From Bryobacterales bacterium (GTDB lineage Bacteria > Acidobacteriota > Terriglobia > Bryobacterales > UBA6623), in assembly GCA_963422375.2 (NCBI GenBank), contig OY729428.2, positions 1,408,001 through 1,472,000 on the forward strand: a DNA stretch of 64,000 nt. Direction: 5' to 3'. Every line of letters begins with the position of its first letter. Within the stretch, counting starts at the first letter, position 1. The translations under genes were made by a program, and so were the position numbers. The notes below the pieces were generated by a model. That model made no database searches. It was not told where the DNA came from and saw nothing but the letters and a program-made list of their open reading frames with translations. Positions 49,665-59,338 of the stretch are shown here, in pieces.

Positions 49665-51320
49665 GTGCTTGTGACAAAACCCCGCCCATTCAACTCCGAA
49701 GTGCGACACGCGGGTAAGGGGCGGTGGGCTGAGATACTAGGACCACAGTAGCAGATCCAGCGGCGCCGGACAAGCCGCTGCCGGGCCGAAGCAAGGCCCG
49801 GAGGGTCGAATCCGCGCCTGTCCGGGCGCAGCTCCCCCGCGCCCCTGTCCCCGCGGCGGGCTGCCAGCCCTGCCTCAGCTCCGCGGCACCCGCTCCCGCT
49901 CCGCCGGGAAGACTTCCTCCGGCGTGCGCCCGCCCGGCACCTTCCGCGGACGCCGGTTCAGGCGGTCCCGCGCCTCCCGCACCCGGGCCGGGTCCACCCG
50001 CCGCAGGTCCGTCCCCTGCGGGCAGTACTGCCGCGGCAGCCCGTTGGCATGCTCGTTCAGCCCGCGCTCCCAGGAGTGGCAGGGCCGCGCGCAGTAGAAG
50101 CCCGCCCCCAGCCGCTGCGCCACCTCCCGGTGCCTCCCGGTGCCCCGCGAACTCCTTGCCGCGAACTCCTTGCCGCGAACTCCTTGCCGCGAACTCCTTG
50201 CCGTTGTCGGCCGTGATCGTGTGCGTCACGGCCCCGCTCCCTGCGAGCATCCCTGCGAGCATGGCCGTCATCGCCGCCCCGACCAGCTGCGCCGTGCGCC
50301 GGCTAACCGGCTGCACTAGCAGGTACTTGGAGAACCGGTCCACCAGCGTCACCAGCGCCCCGCGGCGCTGCCCGCCGATCACGGTGTCGGCCTCCCGCTC
50401 GCCGACGCGCGCCTTCGCTTGCGCCTCCGCCGGGCGCTCCGCGATGTCCGCGCGCCCCGGGATCAGGCCGCGGCCCGCCGTCCGGCCGACCCGCCGGACG
50501 CGCTTGCGGCCGCCCTGCCTCAGGTGCCGGTACAGCCGGCCCCCCTGCCGCCGCTCCGCGCGCACCAGCTGGTAGATCCGTTCAGGGCTGATCTCCAACG
50601 CCCCTTCCCGCTGCAGCCGCGCCGCGACCTGCTCCGGGCTCCTGCTCCGGGCTCCAGTCCCGCCGCAGGCAGTCCTCGCTCCGCGCCCGCAGCGCCGACG
50701 TCAGCTGGCGCGGCCGGCACGACGCCGCGCGCCGCCGCCGCTCCGCGCGCTCCTGCGCGCTCCCCAAGCTGTAGCTCGCCGCGCGCTCGCCTTCCGCCGG
50801 TCGGCCGTTGCGGCCCACTTCCCGGTAGATCGTGGCCCGCTTGCGGCCCGGCTGCCCGGCGATCCTGTCCGCTCCCCAGCCCGCCCAGCCCGCCGCCCGC
50901 AGCGTCTCGCTCCGGCAGCGCTCCTCCTGCGTCACGTGCGTGTAGCTCTTCCGCATCTGCCTCCCTGCTCCTTCCAGCACCTACCAGCCTACTGCCGCGA
51001 CACCACCGGTCGCTGCCTCCCCTCTCCCCTCCCTGCCATCTTGTGGCTCGGCGCGTGTCGCACTTCGGAGTTGAATGGGCGCCCTGAATTCTGGCCTGAT
51101 CAGTATTTCATACTACATCCTGATGTCGGATGGATCTCCAAATACAACATATGGGGCCCAAGGTCGGAAGTTGCTCAGCCGCCAATCGCGAAGATTTCCG
51201 CGCTCTACCCAGAATTGGCAGGATTTCGGACTAGTCGTAGCATTCCAGTGAAATCTTCGCCTTGAGAGATTGGATATAACGCCTTTGTTGTCAAGGGGAT
51301 ACGAGTTTTGTCACAGGCAC
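49665..51320. mobile_element. ~255 bp MITE copy B, interrupted by IS30
   Basis: Ends GTGCTTGTGACAAAACC ... GAGTTTTGTCACAGGCAC; perfect 6 bp TSD TACCTA (49659-49664 and 51321-51326). Confidence 0.88.
49683..51081 (-). mobile_element. IS30-family element copy 4 (frameshifted)
   Basis: 30 bp perfect IRs; TSD CC(C); 13, 12 and 10 bp duplications and a 14 bp unit repeated four times (50146-50201). Confidence 0.95.
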
Positions 51321-51784
51321 TACCTAGAGTTCAATGCCTACATTTCTGGCACAGCCATTCGGAGTGCGCTTTGGCCGGAAATCAAAGTCCCCCGCGCGAC
51401 TGCTTGGAATGGAGCGGAGCCCCGCGACGGTGACGAACGTGTGTCACGGAGAGCTCGAGGTCGCCACAAGTGCAAGCTCAGCGCAACCGTTGCTGCCACC
51501 TTCCATAGCACCGCTGATTCACCTGCTCGGCCGCGCCTGCAAGAGCCGTGGCCGCTGCGGGGCGCCTTCCTCAAGTGCGCAGGTCGGTATCGATACGGAA
51601 CCAAGGGCTCGCCCTGCCAGCAGTAAGTAGTGCCAGCATCTCGTCGCTTGGGAGTCTGCCATCCATCCGCGCTTCCGCCAGATGCCGTGACGGCGGGGTG
51701 CCCGATGCGCCGGTCACGCGTCGCGAGTCTCGGGGGGGCAAACGTCCATTCAATCGTCACGGGCACGCTCACTCCCAAGGCCGC

Positions 51785-52285
51785 TCAATCCTTCGAATCG
51801 TCTCGAGGCACGGCTTGGGCCGCGATCCGTTCCGGACCCGACGGCGCGTCACGACGACCCGTTGCCGAATGGATCGTCGATACAGGGGGTTGTTCGATGG
51901 CGCCTTCAATCCGTCCCAGTCGACGCTCGTTGTCAGCCTGCCTCTTCAGGATGTCTGGGAGCGGCTTGATCTCGCCGCGAAGCTCTCTGATGTCTCCCCT
52001 GAGCGCCGCGATTTGCTCGACCAGCCCCCTAACATCGGTCCGTTGATGCTCGTCGAGACGTTCGATCCGCTGCTCCACACTGTCCAGCCTGCCAGATATC
52101 GCTTGAATGGCCTCGCGGATGGCACGGATCTCCGCGCGGTTCTCGCGCATATCCTCGTGCAGAACTCGGAGTCGCTCGTCGACCTGCTTGAGGTGCAACC
52201 GGAGCATGGCGTAAGCCAAGCCTAGGATCGGAATGGCAACTGAGACTCCTCCGATCGCGGAGGCTAGCAGGGTGCTCCTGTCCAC
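51785..52285 (-). CDS. Membrane-anchored coiled-coil hypothetical protein
   Basis: N-terminal TM segment, then heptad repeats (IRAIREAI, LRGDIRELRGEI, RLGRIEG); TACACT 6 nt upstream of the GTG. Confidence 0.7.
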   Translation of the reverse strand: MDRSTLLASAIGGVSVAIPILGLAYAMLRLHLKQVDERLRVLHEDMRENRAEIRAIREAIQAISGRLDSVEQRIERLDEHQRTDVRGLVEQIAALRGDIRELRGEIKPLPDILKRQADNERRLGRIEGAIEQPPVSTIHSATGRRDAPSGPERIAAQAVPRDDSKD

Positions 52286-52899
52286 TAGGACAGTGTACAG
52301 CTAATCTCCCGCTCGCGCTGCTTCATGTCTGTCACGAGATCTCTCCTAGCTCCCGCAGGGCGCTGGCCGAAGCAGGCATCGAAGCTGCCGTGGCGTTAGG
52401 CTGCTCCCATGCGTCGGGTGGTTCACGTCTCGGAGTGCTGGGTCGAGAGCCTCTGGCAGCGGATCGGCTCGCATGAGCCGCTGGAGAGTGCAGCAGGATC
52501 GAGCTCGCCGCCCGAGGCGCCCGGCATGCCTGCCAGGCGCGTCGACTCCGTCGGAATCGACGCGATGGGCCAAGAGGGGAGCCGTCCGCTGCGAGCGATC
52601 ACAGGTTCTGTCTCTCACGCCGTAGGACTTGGCCCGAGGTCTCCGATTCTGAGTTGCGAGTTCCCGTGAAGGGTCTCCATGTGAGCAGTTGCGGAATCGT
52701 GCGGGCGCAGATGGCACCGGAATACATCCGGCCGGGCGCATCCGGGCGAGTGGATCCCACCGTCGTTGCCGGTGCAGCCGAGGCTCCACTCCCAGCGCCG
52801 GGTCATCACTCGGCCGCTGCCGGGCGCGGCTTCTGGTGGTTCTCGATCGGGCGGCCCGCGAGGTTGCCGCGAACCGTCCGCTAGCTTCCCCGAATCCCG

Positions 52900-53560
52900 T
52901 GCAGCTCCAGGTTGCGGCGCAGCAGGCTAGGACAGCCAGATAACAGTTCGGGCGCGTGACTGTCTCGCGATCCGAGTCCTTGCAGCCGGCAGGACCCGGT
53001 ACGCTCGTGGCGCTCGGCGGCCGATGCGTTGCGCTTCCACTGCTCCGCTGGTGCCGTGGTCGGCTCCCCATTCGCAGCCGCCTTGCCCGAGGTGGCCGCG
53101 ATTCGGCTGGCCCTAGCGGCTCCGGAACTCGCCCTGCGAGCGGGCTCCGTCAGATCGAGCGCGATGTCGTCCCAGTGCGCCACGGGCTCGCAGCACCCCT
53201 TGAGGCGTCCCAGTCGCTAGCGCTAACTCCGCGGCCTTCTGGGCGAAGTCCGCGAGCGGCAGATTGTTCCTCCCAATTCTCCGCGGGGAGTCGAACGTGA
53301 AGCGGAGGATGAACCAAGAGACCGGGTTGAGGTCCGAAGCCGTGGTTTCGCATTCGGGTCGCATGGGCACCACGGAGATGGAATCGGCGTCCGCTAGCGA
53401 ATCGAGCACCCTCGGAGCGCTGCCGCCGTCGGCTTCGCGGATCTCGGCGCGGATCTACTCGAAATCTGGGTCATGCTCCTGTCCCCGGTGCCAGATTCCG
53501 CCGACGGCCTCGCTGTTCCGCTCCAGTCATCCCACCGCCGGTGATGTGCTTGACGGTCTC
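52900..53560 (-). pseudogene. DUF1156-type adenine DNA methyltransferase remnant
   Basis: EAVGGIWHRGQEHDPDFE*IRAEIREADGGSAPRVLDSLADADSISVVPMRPECETTASDLNPVSWFILRFT is a decayed VLDPFAGGGAIPLEA.RLG...DLNPVA. Downstream RETVTRPNC resembles WARTVTCPNC. Confidence 0.65.
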
Positions 53561-53791
53561 TCCTAGAGCTGGCCAGCATGGCGGCGGTAGATCTCGCTGC
53601 GACCAGAGGCGTTGTCGGGATCGGGCCGGAGCGTTGAATTCGAGGCTGCTCTGTACGCCGGCAGCGGGTCAGGTGCGGGCCAAATGTGCAAGGAAGATGT
53701 ACCCGAGTCGCACTCGCTTGTTACAGTCGGAGCGAATCCGGCTAGGCGCCAGTGAGGCTTTCCGTTTTCGCCAACTTGGCAGCGACAGGAG

Positions 53792-55294
53792 CTAACGGCT
53801 GCCGCCCGCTCGGCGGATCCTCTTGAGCAGCTGCGTCATTCGCTCGACGCGCTCGGGTTCGTCAAGGTACAAGTTGCGCGCTTCGCTTGGATCGTCTATC
53901 AGGTTGTACAACTGTCCGTTCGGGATAGTCCGGTCGTACTGGAACGGGTGCCAGATCCCCCCGCTCACGGACCGCCCGCCGCCTCCTTGGAACATGAGGA
54001 GCTTCCAGTCCCCCTCCCGGATGCCGTAGCCGCCAAAGTACCCGTTGTGGACTAGCGAGGCCCGAACCGGTGTCGACTGGCTCCGGCCTAGGAGCGCGCC
54101 GAGAAAACTGTAGCTGTCGGGCCCGGCGCCTTCCGGCAGGGACTCGCCCAGCAATTCCGCAAGCGTCGCCAGCATGTCCGTCAGCGCCACGAGGGAGTCG
54201 GACCGGGAGCCAGGCTCGATGCGGCCGGGCCAGCGGGCCAGCAGCGGAACTCGCTGCCCGCCCTCGTACGCCTCGGTCTTCTGGCCTCGCAGCGGGCCGT
54301 TGACGCGGTGAGAGGGGAGATTCCTATGCACGGCGCCGTTGTCGCTCGAGAACACCACCAGCGTCTCGTCTCCGCTTCCGAGCCCGTCGATCGCGTTGAG
54401 GACTTGGCCCACCGACCAGTCGAGCTCGAGCACGAAGTCGCCATAGGGCCCGATGCCGCTCTTGTCGCGGAAGCGCTCGTTGGGAATCACCGGGCCGTGC
54501 GTGTTGCGGTGCGCGAAGTACAGAAAGAACGGCTCGCCGGAATTCTCTCGCATCCAAGCCACAGCCTTCTCGGTCAGCTGGAGGGCGAGCTCCCTGTGGT
54601 CGTAGAGCGCTCCGAGCCCGCCGGTGAAATAGTGCCTCGGAGGGAACCCGAGGCGTTCCAGGTAGGATGCCTTCGCCGTCCAGCGGTCATCCCGGTGGAG
54701 TCGCAACGGAGACTCCTTCGTGAGGCCGGCCACGCGGTGATTCTCGATGAAAACGTGGGGCTGCTGCCCTACGTGCGGGATTCCGAAGTAGTAGTCGAAG
54801 CCGACTTCGAGCGGGCCGGGCGCGATCTTCCCGTTGTAGTCGACGCCTGCGTCCGTCCAGTTCTCCCCTCCGGGCCGCCCGTAGCCGAGGTGCCACTTTC
54901 CGACCATTCCGGTCTTGTAGCCTGCGTCCTTCAGCAGCATCGGGAGCGTGTACCGGCCCTCCTCGATCAGCAGGGGATCGTCGGACCAGACGTTTGCCGT
55001 TCCCGCCCAGGTCCGCCAGCTGTACCGACCCGTCATTAATCCGTAGCGCGTGGGCGTGCAGACCGGATGCGGCGAGTGCGCGTCGGTGAAGAGCCGGCCC
55101 TCGTTGGCCAAGCGATCGATGTTGGGGGTCTCGTAGGCGGTTGCGCCGTAGGCGCTCAGGTCGCCGTAGCCGAGATCGTCAGCGAGGATGAGAACGATGT
55201 TCCTAGGTTGCTGGGCGACTAGCGGACAAGTCAGGGCGAGGGCTGCCAGAAGCCCTCCGGCCGCCAGCGATCTTGCTCTACACGTGCATTGCAT
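53792..55294 (-). CDS. Arylsulfatase (Cys-type)
   Basis: Signal peptide; NIVLILADDLGYGD; CTPTRYGLMTGR; GKWHLG; SSDNG; YEGGQRVP. Confidence 0.93.
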   Translation of the reverse strand: MQCTCRARSLAAGGLLAALALTCPLVAQQPRNIVLILADDLGYGDLSAYGATAYETPNIDRLANEGRLFTDAHSPHPVCTPTRYGLMTGRYSWRTWAGTANVWSDDPLLIEEGRYTLPMLLKDAGYKTGMVGKWHLGYGRPGGENWTDAGVDYNGKIAPGPLEVGFDYYFGIPHVGQQPHVFIENHRVAGLTKESPLRLHRDDRWTAKASYLERLGFPPRHYFTGGLGALYDHRELALQLTEKAVAWMRENSGEPFFLYFAHRNTHGPVIPNERFRDKSGIGPYGDFVLELDWSVGQVLNAIDGLGSGDETLVVFSSDNGAVHRNLPSHRVNGPLRGQKTEAYEGGQRVPLLARWPGRIEPGSRSDSLVALTDMLATLAELLGESLPEGAGPDSYSFLGALLGRSQSTPVRASLVHNGYFGGYGIREGDWKLLMFQGGGGRSVSGGIWHPFQYDRTIPNGQLYNLIDDPSEARNLYLDEPERVERMTQLLKRIRRAGGSR

Positions 55295-55779
55295 GGGGTG
55301 GAAGCGACTGGATCCCAAGGAAGCGTCTGCGCAGTCCCGTCCCGCGATTGCCGGAGCATGCACCCGGCCATGTCGGTCCGATGCGATTGCCGGTCCGGCC
55401 GCCAGTGTCAGCAGGTTCGGCCTGGCTGGCAGTCAGTGTACCCGATGCCCGAGCCGAGGATTCCTACCGCCGTGCGCGCGGACGTGTCCATGCGCTTCCT
55501 TCCAAGCCGTGGGGCCGTGACCGAGGCCACGAGGCCCTGGCGGGCTGGCAGTCCGCGACGGAAGCCACGGGAGGGGCGAGGGACCATTGAGGCCGATGCA
55601 CGAGCGCCCGGCACCGTCGTCACGCGCCAACCGGGCTTGCTCGGAGAGGTCAGCAGCAGGCGAGACTCGCCCGTTGTCGGGTCAGTCCGAGCTTGGAATC
55701 GCTCCGCTGCGACGGCTGGCGCGGAGGAGCGAGCCTCTCGGCTAGGCATCAGGGTCGATGACGACAGGGCGGACTGGGA

Positions 55780-55856
55780 TGGTGGGCACGCCCGGACTCG
55801 AACCGGGGACCTCCCGCGTGTGAAGCGGGCGCTCTAACCAACTGAGCTACGCGCCC
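55780..55856 (-). tRNA. tRNA-Val(CAC)
   Basis: GGGCGCGTAGCTCAGTTGGTTAGAGCGCCCGCTTCACACGCGGGAGGTCCCCGGTTCGAGTCCGGGCGTGCCCACCA folds as a full cloverleaf with anticodon CAC and encoded CCA. Confidence 0.97.
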
Positions 55857-56117
55857 TGCGCCTTCTGATGCCGATCTGCGAAATGACTCCCGGCGGTCCT
55901 TCGGAACGTCGGCTCGGCACCCCACCTGATTGTACAAGGCACGGGAGAAACCGGTACCGCGGTGCGGCTGCCCGCCCCGGCGCCGCCGGAATGAGCCGCG
56001 TGGCGGTGCGCTCTCGATTCCGATAGAAACCGAGGAATCAAGGCCCGCGAGGGCGCGGCCCGGCCTAGCCGCCGGTCGGTCCGCTTGCGCCTGCGGGAGT
56101 CGCTGCAAGCTCTCCAG

Positions 56118-57569
56118 TCAGTAGCCGAGATAGACGGTCTTGTAGTCTGTGTAGAAGTCTAGGGCGACCGGCCCTTGCTCCTTGGGTCCGAAGCTGGACT
56201 CCTTAGACCCTCCGAACGGCAGCTGGTATTCCACACCCGCACTCGGCAGGTTCACGGTGATCAGGCCCGCTTCGATGCGGTTGACGTACTCGAAGATCCG
56301 GGACACGTCGCGGGTCTGGATCGAGGCCGAGAGGCCGAACTCCGTGTTGTTCGCGATGCGCATGCAGTCATCGAAGTCCGTGGCCCGCATAACGCAAAGG
56401 ACTGGTCCGAACACCTCTTCCTGCGCGATCCGCATCTTCTCGGTCACGTCGCTGAACACCGTCGGCTGGAAGAAGAAGCCCTTGGCGTGCTCGCCTTCGC
56501 TCAGGACGTGCCCCCCGCACTCGAGTCGCGCGCCCTCGCTCTCCGCCACGCGGCAGTACCTGTCGTTCGTGTCGAGCTGGTCCTGGTCGATCGCCGGCCC
56601 CACCTGCACGTCGGGCCGCAGTCCGTCGCCCACGCGCAGCGCCCTCGCGGACCTGACGACCCGCTCGAGAAACTCGTCGTGGATCGCGTCCTCGACGATT
56701 ACTCGGCTGGTCGCCGTGCATTTCTGGCCCGTCGAGAACATCGCGGCGTTGATCGTGTTGCCGACGGCCTTGTCCATGTCGGCGTCGGCCAACACGATCG
56801 TGGGGTTCTTCCCTCCCATCTCGAGCTGGATCCGGATCCGGCGGGCGGATGCCTGTGCGTGCAAGACTTTGCCCACCGGAACGGAACCCGTGAACGAGAC
56901 TGCCTTAACCGGTTCGGCATGCACCATCGCGTCTCCGACTTCTCCCCCCGACCCGCAAATTAGGTTCACCACCCCCCTGGGTATCCCTGCCTCGTGGCAC
57001 GCCTCGGCTAGGCGCCAAGCGCAAAGAGGTGCGGCCGTGGCCGGCTTGACCAGCACGGTGTTCCCGGCGACTAGAGCGGGTGCCAGCTTCCACGCGGGGA
57101 TCGCGCTGGGGAAGTTCCACGGGTTGATCTGGGAGACCACGCCTAGCGGCCTACGCACTGCGTACATGAAGACCCGGTTGCGCTCGGAAGGCACTTGGAT
57201 GCCCGGGATCCTCGAACCCTCGCCGCCGAAGTAGCGGAAGATGTTGATCGACCGCATCGTCTCGCCTTTGGCCTCGGGGAGGGTCTTGCCCTCCTCTCGC
57301 GTCATCTCGCGCGCGAGGCTGTCGAGATTGCGCTCCAGGATGTCGGCGACCCTGTACAGGTAGGCTCCGCGGGCCGGACCCGTGAGCGCCGACCAGGCGC
57401 GAAACGCGTCCTGGGCTCCCTGGGCCGCGACATTGACATCTGCTTGACTGGCCTTGCAGAAGATCCCGACACAATCGTCGGTGTTGGCGGGGTTGAGATT
57501 GGCGAACGTGCGGTCGGACGTGACCCACTCGCCGTCGATGTAGTTCGGATAGGTCTTCGGTTTGCTCAT
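56118..57569 (-). CDS. Aldehyde dehydrogenase (alpha-ketoglutaric semialdehyde dehydrogenase-like)
   Basis: INPWNFP, FTGS, LEMGGKNP, GQKCTA, EEVFGP and PFGG motifs. Confidence 0.93.
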   Translation of the reverse strand: MSKPKTYPNYIDGEWVTSDRTFANLNPANTDDCVGIFCKASQADVNVAAQGAQDAFRAWSALTGPARGAYLYRVADILERNLDSLAREMTREEGKTLPEAKGETMRSINIFRYFGGEGSRIPGIQVPSERNRVFMYAVRRPLGVVSQINPWNFPSAIPAWKLAPALVAGNTVLVKPATAAPLCAWRLAEACHEAGIPRGVVNLICGSGGEVGDAMVHAEPVKAVSFTGSVPVGKVLHAQASARRIRIQLEMGGKNPTIVLADADMDKAVGNTINAAMFSTGQKCTATSRVIVEDAIHDEFLERVVRSARALRVGDGLRPDVQVGPAIDQDQLDTNDRYCRVAESEGARLECGGHVLSEGEHAKGFFFQPTVFSDVTEKMRIAQEEVFGPVLCVMRATDFDDCMRIANNTEFGLSASIQTRDVSRIFEYVNRIEAGLITVNLPSAGVEYQLPFGGSKESSFGPKEQGPVALDFYTDYKTVYLGY

Positions 57570-57731
57570 CGGGGGCTTCCGGGCGCCGCTGCCGCCCCTC
57601 CGGGGCACGGGGCGTCGCAACGGTCCATCATCGCACGCTGCCCCGCTGGGGCAGGGAGGCCGTCCGCAGGAGTCCGTCATCGCCAGATCCGGCGGCTAGG
57701 ACTGTCGCGCGCCTCGCTACACTGGTTCTGT

Positions 57732-58493
57732 ATGAGTCGTCCCTCGCCTTCGCGCGCGGCCTTGGTCACCGGTGCCTCTCTCGGCATCGGCGCCGCCACG
57801 GCCCGCGAGCTGGCTCGAGGCGGCTCGGCCGTCGCCGTGCATTTCCACTCGAGCGAGCGGGAGGCCACGGCCGTGGCCGAATCGATTCGCGCGGCCGGCG
57901 GTGTCGCCTCCCTCTTCCGCGCCGACCTGTCCGACGCCGGCCAGTGCCGCCGGCTAGTAGACGAGGTGCTCGGGCACTTCGGCAGAATCGACGTCCTGGT
58001 GAACAACGCGGGATCGCTGCTCGGACGCCGCCTCCTCGCGGAGATCGACGAGGGGTTCTGGGGTGCGGTCATGGACCTGAATCTGGCCAGCGTGCTGTGG
58101 GTAACCCAGGCCGCGGCCGCCCACATGCGGAGACGCGGCTCCGGATCGGTCATCAACCTGGGGTCGATCGCGGGTCACAACGGCGGCGGTCCGGGTGCCA
58201 TCCTCTACGCCACCGCGAAGGCGGCCGTCTCGGGGATGACCAAGGGCTTGGCGAAGGAACTTGTCGCGGACGGGATCCGCGTCAACGCGGTCAATCCCGG
58301 CGTGATCCTGACTCCGTTCCACGAGAGATTCTCGAGTGCCGAGCGCATGCGGGACATGGTTTCTCAGATTCCGCAGGGCAGGGCGGGGAATCCGGACGAA
58401 GTGGCGAGGGTGATCGCCTTTCTGGCCAGCGAGGCGGCTTCGCACATCGTCGGCGAGTCGATCGAGGTCAATGGCGGGATGCTGATGGACTGA
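57732..58493 (+). CDS. SDR-family oxidoreductase
   Basis: TGASLGIG, NNAG, YATAK and IRVNAVNPG motifs. Confidence 0.93.
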   Translation: MSRPSPSRAALVTGASLGIGAATARELARGGSAVAVHFHSSEREATAVAESIRAAGGVASLFRADLSDAGQCRRLVDEVLGHFGRIDVLVNNAGSLLGRRLLAEIDEGFWGAVMDLNLASVLWVTQAAAAHMRRRGSGSVINLGSIAGHNGGGPGAILYATAKAAVSGMTKGLAKELVADGIRVNAVNPGVILTPFHERFSSAERMRDMVSQIPQGRAGNPDEVARVIAFLASEAASHIVGESIEVNGGMLMD

Positions 58494-58990
58494 CCCGCCA
58501 AACGAGAGTCCCGCCCGCCGGTGGCGAGAATCCTGCTCGGCAAGCCTGCCGGAGAGCGTGCAGGACGAATTCCCCGACTCGCAGGCCCGGACAGAATCAG
58601 GCCAGCCCGGCGAGGGCAGCTGCGGGCGCTCCGCCCGTGCGTCGCGGATCGGTTGGCACCCCGGGAATCGGGACCCTCGCGGAAGGCACCGGGCGACTTG
58701 GGCGCCGTCGATTGTCCTGTCCGACTTGCACGCTGATTCACCGCCAGTGGACGGAGCGCGTCGGCTCCAGAGTGGCCACCTGCCGCGCGGACGTTCCGAT
58801 ACTTGCGTGCCGGCCTCTCGCTCAGCTGCCTAGCGTGGCGGTTTAGACGGGGGATCCGCCCAGGTGTCCTGAACTCGTCGGCCCGCTCGCGGCCCCGGCG
58901 CGATCTGGCGAGCATGCCACCCAACGGGAAGAGGGTCTCTCGCCCGGGGCGCAACGCCATGCGCGTCGGGGCCTTGCGGGATGAGTCGGC

Positions 58991-59284
58991 TCAGGCGCTC
59001 GCCCGAGCTTTCACGAAAGCGTCGCGGCTGGCCTCCGACTCGAAGTAATGGATTGTGCCCCGCACCCTGGCGCGAACCGCGTGCGTCGGGTCCACGTACG
59101 TTCCGGTGTGGGGGTCCCGCACGAGCTTTCTGTTGCCCGGCGGGTCGACCTTCTCGCCCTTGCGCTGGGAAGGCTGGTTGATCCCCATCGAGCGGGTGAC
59201 GACCTTGCCGATCTCGCGAATGATGTTGCGCACGATCGCCAATCCGATGACGCCGACTATCAGTAGCAGTACGTTTCGCAACAC
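58991..59284 (-). CDS. Small membrane-anchored YHS-like domain protein
   Basis: N-terminal TM segment; LVRDPHTGTYVD...HYFESEASRDAF, YHS/TRASH-like but lacking Cys. Confidence 0.72.
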   Translation of the reverse strand: MLRNVLLLIVGVIGLAIVRNIIREIGKVVTRSMGINQPSQRKGEKVDPPGNRKLVRDPHTGTYVDPTHAVRARVRGTIHYFESEASRDAFVKARASA

Positions 59285-59338
59285 CGCTCCTCGACCTCCC
59301 AGCCTCCGCGGGCCCGCGCGGCTCGGACCGTCAGGCCG

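Larger units (their letters stand above)
47590..51385 (-). pseudogene. AAA_21/ABC-type ATPase pseudogene fragment interrupted by ISNCY and MITE::IS30
   Basis: Removing both inserts with one TSD each gives the continuous frame GIEL*VNGHGGAEI*LQESEFSVPASVVSEGTLRILGILALTPARGALSLVRFEEL*NGVRP (SEGT signature plus degenerate Walker B EEPENG). Confidence 0.7.

Noticed and set aside
50146..50201. 14 bp unit x4 as a possible CRISPR/mini-array
   Set aside because: No spacers; it is a tandem amplification inside the IS30 transposase. No repeat-spacer array or cas gene was seen anywhere in the window.
30084..51320. One 21 kb composite transposon bounded by the two MITE::IS30 units
   Set aside because: Each MITE has its own matching TSD pair (GAGTTA, TACCTA), so they are independent insertions, and the intervening genes look chromosomal.
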